Shown: positions 51,829 through 64,000 of the stretch, piece by piece | How the letters are laid out: the number at the start of each line of letters is the position of its first letter | Position numbering within the stretch: the first letter of the stretch is position 1 | Assembly (NCBI GenBank): GCA_964247055.1 | Contig: OZ176055.1 | Coordinates: forward strand, 4,030,001 to 4,094,000 | Direction: 5' to 3' | Length of the DNA: 64,000 nt | Source of the DNA: Paragordius varius | Taxonomy: Eukaryota; Animalia; Nematomorpha | Made by a program: the position numbers and the translations under genes | The notes under the pieces: generated by a model | What the model saw: only the letters and a program-made list of their open reading frames with translations | What the model was told of the DNA's origin: nothing | The model's database searches: none

Positions 51829-54427
51829 CTTCTTATTTTCCCAATATATACCACAAACTAAACATTAATTTATTGGTCCACAATAAATTATATCTTTCAT
51901 GAAAAAGAGTTATCGTTGAACGCAGAAAAAGTTTTTTAATCAAATTATTGGTTGCGTTTATTTCGTTTTTTTGGACGATTTTTTTGTCATTCTCTGGATA
52001 GGCAACATACACCACTTGAAAGACCTATATTTATATAAGCGTTTTCATATAATAATATACATTATTAATATGAATTTTAGCAATAAAGTAATAATTGAAA
52101 ATGAAACATTAATCTATTTAGCGAAAAAAAACTTACTCTATGTTGTTGGAATATTAATTTTGGCCTCTATTCAGAACGGACCCCATCGTATAAATTGTGT
52201 GTTGACATTATAATAAAGAGGAGACATAATTTAACACAAATAATATAATATTATTTCTCTACGAATACGTAGGAACACTGGTCCAAATTAGTTTTTGTCA
52301 TATATTAAGTATGATAAATGTGCTTTTTCGTAAGCATAAAGATTATAAATAAATTATTAATAATTTTAATTTGAGCCTTTGCTATCATTTTCTAGCATAT
52401 AAATCATTAGAATTTGAGTGTATATAAATCATTTGTTTTTAAAAATAGAAAAATTTATAATTAATTGTTTCAAAGTCTAATAAAAATTAACTTATCTACA
52501 ATTGGTTGCAAAAAAATGTATATTAAATAAAGGCCTTAAAACTACTACCTCAAAAAATGAAAACCAGGTGGTTTTCTTAAATAGTTACAGATGACTCAAA
52601 GGCAAATGGTTCTGAAATCGGTTTATAAGTTTATAACCGCTTCCTTATTTAAATGTATGAAAATTTTATCCGTGATTTTACTAATTATTTTAATGGTAAC
52701 TTCACAACTATTTAACTTTTTTAAAGGTAAGAATTCATACTTGATCATATCAATTTGAGTTTTATGTCTCTTCGCCACAGAAAACACCATTTTAATCAAT
52801 ACAGTTTCTTTAGTGTATCATAAATAATTGACTTAAATGTCATGCTTTTCAAAATATACTATTTATAGTTTAAATGCACCCTAAAATATTATGCGTTTTC
52901 TAAGATTAAAAATTACCTTTATTTTGTAATATTTTTAAAATATAAAATTCTGTTTAAAACCAATATAATGCTGAAAAAATTATAAACTATGTCGTATAAA
53001 TATATTTCATATTAATGATGAGTTGAAAACAAATAATTTGAATTGAATTTTTCAAGGGTGAATTTAAATTATAAATGGTATGGTTATAAGGGAAATTTTG
53101 CTAATAAGAGTAAAGAGAGCTATTATTGTCCATTTGAGTATTTTAATTGGGTTTTAATACCACCTTAACAAATTACTGTGCATATCAAAAATTTTGAAAA
53201 TATATACCAATAGAAATCTCTATTCTATACTTTGGAGTTTAACAATGATTTATATTTAAAAAAAATCTAGATTTAATAAGTATGGTTGTGTATTAGAAAA
53301 AAAAATATATTTTTTAGTTTTTTTGTATAAAAATAAGTTTTTTCAGATATTATTTTGTAAAATATATTTTGCGTAGAATTTAACCAAATTATACGTGTTT
53401 GTTGGGTAATGCGCATCCACAGCCGAAGTTATAAAAAATATTTCACGCATCTCTATATAAAAATTATATAGAAGTTGTCGAATTTAAAAAGTAGAATTAA
53501 GCCGAGAGTTGTATATGTGCATTCATTACATAGAAAAATAAGATTATAATATGATGCAAAAAATTTTTTTAGTTCTACGCATTAGCTTAAATTTAAAATA
53601 TTGAAATAGAATAAGTTATCAAAATTTCTGCTCGAATTGGGAAAATATAATTAAATGACACAAACTCAATTGTAATCTTCGCATCATATAATAATATGAA
53701 TTACTAAAAGAAAATTTGATACATGTGTAAAAAATTGTTAAACTCCCTAAAAATTATATCATTGTCAATTTTCTAATTTGTTTGAATTTTAAAGGGCAGA
53801 GCGAAATAGCAAGTAGTCTCTGTGTTAGCTATTAATATGGATTATATTTTGGAGTAATGGAAGTTTCCACTACATGTTCTTATATTTACTTGCAATTCAT
53901 GATTTGTAAAATTAAGAATGCGCGTAGAAATTAAGACTGCAATTCAAAACTGTTTAACCAGGCCAACTTCAATATAAATTATTAAAATGCTTAAAAGCTG
54001 GTGAGAACATACTAAATTTAAGTTTATAACCTATATAAATTGAATATATTTAGATAAATTTTGGGGTTGAGAAAAACAGTTCCACAAACTGTTTCAGCGC
54101 CTTTTTTAAATTGTTGGAAAAATATTGGGTTTTATCCTTAATTAAATATAGTGATCAATTATTAGGACGGAAATAGAGAAAAAAAGGTTAAGACATTTTT
54201 ATTTTAAATGCGCTCATTTGTTGTAGTCTGAGCTTTGCCTTTGGATAGACATATATATCACATGAATGAAATCATTTTTAACAAATAATTCTATGTTAAA
54301 GAAGTGAAAATTCAATAAATTTCATGTTTCCGTTTAATTTTAAATGGCTTAAAGTCTCCAACGACTCCAAATTGTATCGAAGGACAAGTGAGCATGATTT
54401 GTTAGGTGTTAAGTAACGTCCATATTC

Positions 54428-55379
54428 AAATTATACGGACAAAACGCAAAATTATAAAGACAAATATTTTTTGCTAAAAGACAACCATACTTTTTTGTCT
54501 AGATTTTTTTAATATCATTTATTACAACTGTAAATTATGAAATGATATATATTGGTAACTAGGGTTGTGCATTTGATTGCTTTTTCAAAAAAGTCCGGTC
54601 AGACCCAGTCAGACCATGGTCATGACCACGGTCATGACCAATTTTTATTTAAGTATATATCATGCGAGATTGGATTGTAAAGATAATGTTCGTACGACAC
54701 TAGCGTTTCACTACTAATATCATGTTTTTTCTTAAAAGTTTATCATACATTTTTTAATATTTATTATTTACAAATATTTTCAATCCAACCAAGAATTTTG
54801 TTTTCAAATTTTGCCACATGTTTGTGGCCTTTTGAATCTTCAAATACATAACTTTTATACTGGATATTTCAAATTAAATTTTACCTAGTTTATTTTATAC
54901 TTTCTCTCATCAATTAATTTATAAAATATAAGATGTTTTCTCATTTGGTTATGGAATAATTGCATGTTTTGCAAAGTGCTGGATTGTTTTGTTTTTCGAA
55001 ATAACTGGATATGCTTAAATGCTAATGTTTTAACGATGCGTGTTTAACAATTTTATATTTTTAAATATTTAAATAATTGATTTATATTTTAAAAAATATA
55101 TTAAAAACACTGAAATCTTACTATTTCTCTTCCAAAAAAAATTTATCAGCAATTTTCAAAAAATCTCTGAAATGACCATGGTCAAAAAATAAATAGTCAC
55201 TGACATGGTCATGACCTGGTCGATTGACCAGGTCATGACTTGGTCAGCACAACCCTATTGGTAACACAATCAATTATCTACAATTTTACTTAAAGAATTT
55301 ATATAGAAATAAAGGTTTAAAAAAGTAGGGTTGCCTTTTGAAAAAAAATATTTGTCATTAGATTTTGTCCGTATAATTT
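54428..55379. mobile_element. MITE family E copy interrupted by a hAT MITE
   Basis: AAATTATACGGACAAAA...TTTTGTCCGTATAATTT termini. Confidence 0.8.
54560..55257. mobile_element. hAT-type MITE, 698 bp
   Basis: 11-bp TIR TAGGGTTGTGC/GCACAACCCTA; exact 8-bp TSD TTGGTAAC; subterminal palindromic GGTCATGACC motifs at both ends. Confidence 0.92.
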
Positions 55380-57963
55380 CAATTTTTCTGTAAGTACAAA
55401 AAACATTATAGAGTTATTTATTATCAAATACCAAATTTTTCGAAATCCAACATGATTTATTTTTGGGAAAAAATTTATCGATTGTGGAAGTTTGAAAATT
55501 TATTTTAGGTCATTATTGATTTTTTCTTTTTTTCATTTATTTTAATTTTTCGAAACGCACCATATATCATTTAAATGTAAATTTTTGATGACTATTTTTT
55601 AGCAAAATTTATTATATAATCCATTTTTGAAAACAGTTGTGAACTAATCTTCTTATTTTCCTCCATATTTTGACATTGATTTTAATAGATTTTAGTTTTA
55701 CGATATAATATTTTATTAAAAACCTTACAAACAAAATAATATTTGTAAAAAATATTTATTAACAAAAAAATTTTTTTTATTAAAAAATTCACATTTTAAA
55801 GAGATAATAAGTTTTAAAAAAGTTTACTGTTAAAAATTATTTTATTAATTAAAAAAGGACATATTTATAATTTTAATTTTTGTTAATTTATGCACAAAAC
55901 CAAAATTAACATTATTTTAATTAATTTTTTACAATATATACATAAATAAATAACATAAAGTAGAGTCATTCTAAAATGACTTTTAAATTTATTCAGGTAA
56001 AAAATCAAAACAATATATATATACATATACAAATATTATATTAAAAAGTGGACAACAATTCAAATATATAAAATGTATTAATATAAAGAAAGCAATATTG
56101 ATAAACTATTAATTGAATAAATAATATTTTTTTGATTTAATTTTTTCTTTATAAATAAACATGCTGGTTAAAATTAATATAATATGCATTGTTTGGCAAC
56201 AAAAAGTTATTGTAAAAATTAAGTTAATTATAAAATTTAAATCTTGAATAAAAATTTTTGTTATATGATTTTCCCATTTATTTAAATTTGCTCAAAATGT
56301 GGATTTCTCTAATATATTCAGGAAGTTTTAAGGTATAATATCAAAATTATCCTTGCTAATCTTTCAATAGTTATATTTGATTTTCCTTATATATATTTTT
56401 ATCAAAGTACCTTGAAATTTATATATATCGGAATCGGATTTAACTCATTATAATCTTAATCATATCAGATAAGGCACACTTTATCACAACATCCATTTTT
56501 ATTAATTTTTATTTTTTTAAGTTTTAGACTTATTGAATTCATATTAAGTTTTTCGGTACAATAATTTTTCGATCCCCATATACTATAAATGATTAAATGT
56601 AACAATTATGATATTATTAATTTTTTAATCATTATCACTTCCAGTTAAATCATAAATTTAATTCCTGAAAGTATTTAGTATAATATTTATCAAATTTAAT
56701 ATTAATAATCAATTTTTTCGCCAAATATTAATTAATATTATGAACCAATTTAAATATATTTATATATTTCAACATACAGAAAATTGTAATAAAAGAATAA
56801 TTTTGAAAAAAAACATAATATTTTTTGACACATCAAGACGATGATGTTATTATTTCGGTTCAAAGAATTTAAATTTTAATTTCACATAAATCTATATTAT
56901 TGTCGTCTTAAAGAGGTCTTAAGGAGTGTTGCTTTTATATTTAAATTATATATTTTTTAAAAAGACGCCTTGTCATATATACTGTAAAATAATTTCTTTA
57001 CTGGTATTTCATTCAGCGCAGAACGGCAAACAAGGTCAATCTTTATCTCACTTATTTTAATTTTCTAATAAAATCTTCAAAGGAAAACGCAAAAATGCCA
57101 TCATCACCTCGATATTGCTATATAAATGAGAATACTTTTTTTGAGATTATAAAGAAATTTTTTTAATTTTTTAAAAAATGTCAAACTCATATACGATATA
57201 AAATAATTCGCTATGTCATGTCGTAAATCTATAATTTTTTGTATTTTGAAAATAACTTTTTTTTGCTGGTATACTTTTTTGTTAATTTATTTTTCATCAT
57301 CATAATTCTAATCTTTTATAATTAACACAAATAACATTGTAGTGACAGATTTATAAAAAATGATTATAAACTATAACTCTATCTACTCGCGAGGTTAAAA
57401 ACTCTCAGTTAAGAAAAAAAAGTTAAAAACTTACATGTACTATTAACTGTGTAATTAATTTTCTTTTATTGCCTTTTATAACTTGTTGAAGATTTATTTC
57501 TTTATATTTTTTTAATTACCAATTTTTTCATACAAAGAAAATTATCACTTTTGTCATTTTTGTCACCGATTTTTTTAATAATTAATACTAACACAACATG
57601 AAAAATTATTAATTATACACACAGTTTTAGATTCTCTACAATAATGTTCATATTTGTTCAAATTTTAATTACATAGATAAATTAAATTGTTGAAAGAATT
57701 CAGCGACCTAATATTATAAAAAGTTATGGTATAGGTATAAATTTATTTTCTGATTTTATTATATTCTGTTTTTAGCTTGTGAGAATTAACGTTATGAAAA
57801 CAAGCGAAACTCTCAACAAACCATGTAATTACACAAATAATTCGAATCATATTACATTGCTAATACTTACATTCACATTTCTAAACATACTTATCTCTAC
57901 ACCAAAATTATCTTATAAAGAATTTATATAGAAATTCAGTTTACTTTTTCATTTTTTACGGGC

Positions 57964-60900
57964 ATGAAACAAATGTTTGGATCATATTTGTTAGTTCTAT
58001 TAACTCTGACCAATATAAAATGTGCAAAAATGGTTTCACAATCAGTACGTCCCCCCTTTTCCGATAATTTTAACACGTATTACGAGAATGATGATTCAAC
58101 CTTAGTCGATCCTGAGGAGATTGAGGAAAATTCCAATATTTTAACCCAACTATCAGAATACATCATACCTTTTTTTCCTTCTACTCGAAAATTACATGAA
58201 CTGAATAACATAAAACACCAACACAAATCGGTTATATCAGAAAATATTATTCCTATAACAGGATCATGGGGAGATCATGTGAACCTTCCTTGTCCAGCAC
58301 TTCATTCCTATTTGGAGTTTCGAGGTTTTATAACAACTCCACCTACAAATAACTATTTGAAAAACGATAATGCGGCAAAAAATAAAACTTTCCTATCAAA
58401 AATTCGTAAACGACATAGCGCTAATCGCCGAATGCGTAATAAATGGTATTCATCTATGACACGCACAAAGGTAGATACTGATAATATTGTTACGAAATGG
58501 TATAAGGTCGAACATGAGGGCATGAGATATAATCAAAATGCACCTAAAAATCAAGATTCGGCAATGAAAATAAATGCAAATAATAGCATTTTAAGTCCAA
58601 TATATATTGTTTTAATACCGTATGTGCCCCATGTAAGGCCTGATTATGCGGTAAGAACAACGTTTAATGCCCAAACGTCAGAACTCAAAATATCTAATCT
58701 CACTTTCAACGATGAGGGATATTTTGTTTGTAAGGTAAACACTACTTATTAGATTTTATCATTTTTACCTGTAAACATTAGTAAATTTTTATTTTTATAT
58801 TATAATATAATTATTATCTGTTTAAATTCCATTTATACATTTTTAGTAAATCTACATACATTATGGTAACTCTCATTTTTTCCATTATACAATACTTTGT
58901 AAATTTTAATAAATAGATACAATTTACTTGTAATTTGATACAAGTCCGGCCTACTTATTAATATTTGTGATATTAAAAAATAACAATAAATTTATTACAT
59001 AATGATAATCATAAAATAGAGTAAATATATATTAAAAAATGATGATTGATATCACACAATGGATCTGGAAACAGAATCTGTTTTTAATTGGCCCCATTTT
59101 TATCAATAAAATAAGAGTATTCTTATTATCATTTTATAATTAAATTAATTATGAAAAATACTAATATCATTCTTACATAATTAATGATGATTTTAAAATT
59201 GGATTTAGATATTATTTTTAGATAATTTAATTTATTTTTATATTAAATTAAGGCGAACTATTTAATTTTAGATAAGAAGCGATAACATTATTATAATTAA
59301 TTCTCCTTTAATATTTTATTAATTTTTTTTGCAATAGATTGTGTATTTGAAAAAACCGGCCGAAACAAAAGGCTATACAAGTTTCGTTAACCTGCAAATC
59401 CAAGGTGAGAAATTGCATTAATTTTTTGTGTCATATTGAACAATTTGTCGTTTTTTGGGTCTTTAAATTCAAATATTTTTCAATAAGCCGGTGAGCTTGA
59501 TTATGTGGAATGGTTTTGCACATAACATATTATTTGTTTGAATATATTTTCACAAAATTTAAAATTGGACAGTTTTCCACTCTAGATACATTTAATATGC
59601 TAATCAATTCACCAAATATGACTAATTAATACAGAAAACATAGATTGGAAATGATTTAATGAATATGGTTCATTATTAAAATGTAAAAATGAGTTTAAAC
59701 TCACTGAACAAATTTGGGTCCTTAAAAAGTCATACTGATGCCGAGAATGTATGATTAAAAAATAAGCCCGTGTATAGGATCGTTATATGCTGATATTTAT
59801 GGAAATTCGCGATTTACCCTTAAAGAAAACATACTTATGACAATATCAATGCTGATTAATAGGGAAGTTGATAAATTAATACATACATTGAAAATTGAAT
59901 TACCACGAGTGCATCGTGTGATATTATTTAACGCAAAAATAAATTATATTAATACTGATTTACTTTATAATTTAAATTATATTTATAGCCAAACCAAAAA
60001 TCTTGGTATCTCATAGTAATACTGATTTTTTTGATTCCACCAAACCTGATCACGATAGAGAAACAAATGCATTTTCCACTTCATCCCAAATCTATGCCAA
60101 TTTGGGAGGGCGAATTGATATTAATTGCACCGCCGTGGGTATACCTGAACCTCAAATTTCTTGGACACGCACTATAAAAAATCTCCAAGTCGGTTTAAAT
60201 CCTACAAGTTTAGAAAATTCTCTTGATCCAGCTTTTGCTCAACCCAATGATTATCAGCAACCATCGTCCACATCTAATTTTGGAAATACAGTTCGATTAA
60301 AACGGCGCCAATTAAATGTTCCAAGGCAATACTCACATAATTATTGGATGGCAGCTAATAATATATATGTTGGTAAGCTGAAATCAGCAAAATCTATAAT
60401 GTCCATTCCTCTGGTAACTTTGGCTCATAGGAATGTCGTATACACCTGTTTGGCCAAAAATGATCAAGGAACTGCTACTCACTCATATGAAATAACGATC
60501 TCAGGTAATATTTTTATAATTTAAAATATTCTTGAATAACCCATCTAATAATCTAAGCTTATTAACTTAAATATAGCCTTTTTACGGAAATATCAAAAAT
60601 TTAAAACATTTTTTTTGGATAATTTGTCAATGCATTCCCACCCATTTAACGATATTAGTTATATATAAGTAATGAGTTATCAAATATAACTTTTGAAGAT
60701 ATTGCCTGAATTATTGATTTTTTATGCAATTTAAATTTTTGAGATATAATAATAGGAAAAAACATTAGAATATTACTAATAATAATACTTTATTATTTTC
60801 TACCATATAAAATAGCCTCCTAATATTAAAAAGTAAGGACTTTAAATATACTCTTGGAGCTATAAGGCGGTTTTAACACTCGTCTGCCCATGGCTCATTA

Positions 60901-61448
60901 ATCACGGGAGAGTGGTTTCAGATTGGCATCAAACCATCAGCTATCCTATTTTTTTTTATTTTATAATTTCGAATACTTCTCTATTAAAAATTTTGAATTA
61001 TAATGGCTTATACCTATAAAAAATAGAACTTTTAATCACAGCTTCTTTAATTTTTATTGGTTAATAAACCTCTATAAAGTTCGCATATGTTTTTTAGATT
61101 TATAATTAATCTTTTTCCTTAAAATGTATAAAAAAAATATACCATAAAAACCTTGAGATAATTTTTAATTAAAATTAATGTCCATAATTTCCGTACCGCA
61201 AAATAGCTTTTTTCATAAATTTTTTATGAGTTTTTTAGTAAATCTCTCTGGTGTGTACCATATATAATTATCTTCCAATTAAATATGAGGATTAATTAAG
61301 CTTGTAATTGAAGAATACCTATGATGGAAAAACTGAAAAATTTTGTGAATACAATAATTATTTATGAGGTTATAACAATATTATTAATTTATTCAATTTT
61401 AACATTAATTTTTTGAAGAAATTTGATCATTGCGCTTTTGAAATTGGT

Positions 61449-61513
<65 letters not shown>

Positions 61514-62267
61514 GGCTTAGAACCGGTTTAAAAAAGTGGAACCGGAACTGGGTCGGTTCCTTAACAAGTGGAACCGGAACCGCGTTGGTTTCTTGAAATT
61601 TTTTCGGTTCCGGAACCGGTTCTTTACATATAAAACCGGTTCCATTTTCGGTTACTAACTTTTAATTAAATGATTTTCTTACAAAATTATTATAATAATA
61701 ATAAACCAAAATATTAACAATTATAAATAAAACGATTTATTATAAATTTCCAAATGTAGAGTGAAAAAAATTTATTGTAGAATAATAAAACAAATTATAT
61801 AAAAATAGGAAAATGTATAACTACAAAGGTATATTGTGAGTGTTAAATTAAGTACGGCATCTAAAAAATTTTTTTAACTTTAATTATTGCACCAAGCAAT
61901 TCGCTGGTCAAACTACTTCTCAGGTCTGAAAATAGAAAATTAAGGCTTAAACTCCTTTCAACGTAGACCTATATATGTACAAAAATATGTATTATAAATA
62001 AACTTGAGTTAAGACTATAAGTTTAGTTAGAACAGCCGAATCGCCCAAAATTCAGAGAATATCGCTAATATAATATTAGGGGCATAGTTTTAGGTTTGAA
62101 GTATGTAATATGTACTGGCACAATCAAATTTAAATAATAAAATATAATTTTTATAATAAAAATCCTATGGAGACCAGTATTTAAGGAGGTGGAACCGGGC
62201 TGGTTCCAACTCAATGGAACCGGTTCTTGTTAAAATCCAAGGAACCGGGTTCTGGTTCCAAGCCCAG

Positions 62268-62299
<32 letters not shown>

Positions 62300-63762
62300 G
62301 TCTGTTATATTTTGGAACCCTTTATAAGCGGGAATTTTAAAGTATAAATCAATAGAAAATAAAGAAAAAAAATTATTTAAAAAAGACCTTTCACACAGTG
62401 ACGTATAATATAATGATATCAAACCTCATATGTCCTGTTAAAACTATTTAATCCAAACTTTTAGAATCACCTAAAATAGTTCTGCCACCTCAAAATTTAA
62501 CAACTCTTGAGGGACTTGCAGCAAGATTCGATTGCGGTGCTCAGGCATTTCCATCCAACGTTACACATACCTGGCTTAAAGGTAAACCATTTTTTTAAAA
62601 AGGATAAGGATTGTGGGAACGTAACATATTACCAATAATTTATTCCCTTATTTAGACGGGTCCCTCTTGTCACAAAAAACGGATTTTGGTTCTCGAATAA
62701 TTTATCATGCCATGACAGGGGCAATGACCATTAATCCCACTTTTAAAAGCGATAATGGCCAATATAGCTGTGTGGTGGAAAACGGAGTTAATCCGAAAGC
62801 TCAAGCTTCCGCCTATTTGGATATACAATGTATGGCTAGAAAAAAAATATTCTCTTTTTTTGAAAAAAAAACAATTAATAAATTTTTCCTAATAGATCCT
62901 GCCAGTATAAACGACAAGGCTCTAAAAACGAAGCAGTATCTCCCTCAGGGATTGTTTGGTGCAATTCAATGTCCTGTGCTATCAAACCCTAATTTGGAAT
63001 TTGTTATTTGGACGAAAAATGGAAAAACTATTGATTCCTCATTAGAAACCATCTTAGCAAAAACCGATGAAAATAATAATAATGGCAATTATAGAACATC
63101 CACTCTTTTGCCAGAATTTAAGTGATCTTGCAAACCCTTAAAATATTTTTTAAGTTTTTGTAATATAAGTTTCCGTTCTCTGCTTAATAATACTTGAAAA
63201 TTACATTTCATTGCAATCTATGTTGTGAGAATGTTTGTCATTAAAATGGCTATAGGAATTATAAGTCTATATAACGTACCCTCAAAACTAATAATTAAAT
63301 ATATTCAAAGTGATTAAATATCCATTACTTGTTTTATTAATAATTGCCAAATAACATATTCAGAATAATGTTGTGTTTAAAGTTATTTTTTCACTTTTTC
63401 TTGCTATATATGGTATCTGGAAATACTTAATTATAAACTGGCATTAGTTATTCTCATCTTTTGTAAAACCCGAAAAATCGGGAGTCTAAAAATATAACAT
63501 TTATATATTTTGTTTAGTAATTTGATTCATCAAATCGAACCCTCCAATAATGTTGATATTGTACCAAGCGAAACCAATAATGATAATATTAATACATTAA
63601 CTTTGCAAAAAAATATTTCAGAGCCATATCGAATCGCAAGGAATGGCTCACTTTTTATATTTCAAGTCGATCGCAAAATTCACGAAGCTGTATACACCTG
63701 CACGCCATACAACAAAATAGGCACAAACGGTCCATCCGCCCCAATCCACGTTTATGTAAAAG
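57964..63762 (+). CDS. IGSF9: Turtle/IgSF9-like immunoglobulin-superfamily cell-surface protein, 5' part (continues beyond the window)
   Basis: Exons 57964-58734, 59338-59404, 59989-60504, 62465-62581, 62656-62829, 62896-63121, 63518-63762 (phase-consistent). Signal peptide plus four Ig domains; PIYI..YVPH..LKISNL...DEGYFVCK, PPQNLTTLEG..FDCGAQAFPSNVTHTW and AYLDIQYPA..QYLPQGLFGAIQC..SNP....VIWTKNG are typical of Turtle/IgSF9. Confidence 0.8.
60865..60945 (-). mobile_element. Partial SINE copy (intronic)
   Basis: Minus-strand tgggcagacgagtgtta matches the 47461 element at 16 of 17 nt. Confidence 0.4.
61457..61510. repeat. (TA)n microsatellite flanking a MITE; a second tract lies at 62268-62290
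   Basis: Direct reading. Confidence 0.95.
61511..62267. mobile_element. MITE inserted in a (TA)n tract (hAT-like termini)
   Basis: 14-bp imperfect TIR CAGGGCTTAGAACC/GGTTCCAAGCCCAG; clustered GGAACCGG/CCGGTTCC subterminal motifs; (TA)n on both sides. Confidence 0.85.
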
Positions 63763-64000
63763 GTATTTTAAACACGCAAAACTAATAATTCCAGCTTGTA
63801 CATATATAAATAAGATAATGATTTTTAAGTGCTTCTAAAGTTAAATCTAAAAAAAATATTGGCGCAATCATTTTTTATATCTTAAAATCTGAATTTTATT
63901 CTCATCACCCTATTAGATCCACCCATAATTATTAGAAGGCCAAACAAACAATATATAGTTGCGGCTGGGCAATCTTTGACAATACCATGTTCCTTCGGTG

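Noticed and set aside
37979-52213. Short 60-80-aa ORFs across the intergenic stretch
   Set aside because: I/F/K/L/N-rich composition expected from random AT-rich DNA; no motifs or splice-consistent partners.
62830-62895. Reading ORF 62667-63125 as one exon
   Set aside because: MARKKIFSFFEKKTINKFFLID is a stopless 66-nt GT-AG intron; removal restores the Turtle-type AYLDIQYPA junction.

Overview
Very AT-rich (roughly three quarters A+T by eye), transposon-rich eukaryotic DNA from an animal, probably a protostome-like bilaterian; the taxon cannot be fixed from sequence alone. I rebuilt six host genes by hand, most of them broken up in the ORF track: a lysine-rich orphan (5499-6659, -), a 10-exon GhrA-like D-2-hydroxyacid dehydrogenase (9828-12689, -), a divergent 7-exon U2AF35/U2AF1-like splicing factor (17744-21470, +), Mia40/CHCHD4 (30425-31478, +), an intronless Thg1 (31704-32621, -) and the 5' part of a Turtle/IgSF9-like Ig receptor (57964 to beyond the window, +). 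The rest is a decayed near-full-length RTE retrotransposon, a 3.95-kb hAT element with an exact 8-bp TSD, several MITE families (piggyBac-like TTAA, foldback-like, hAT-type; several nested), a tRNA-derived SINE, a degenerate ~160-bp array and (TA)n tracts. The main discovery is three ultra-short GT-AG introns of 22, 23 and 24 nt. Each is needed to rebuild a conserved protein, they appear to sit at intron positions shared with vertebrates, and they coexist with introns of 100 to ~2000 nt in a non-compact genome. Two of them lie in the U2AF35-like gene, which is itself altered at the two 3'-splice-site specificity hotspots (S34 equivalent is T, R156 equivalent is P), and one ends in a rare GAG acceptor. 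All gene models are manual translations with no database search or RNA evidence.
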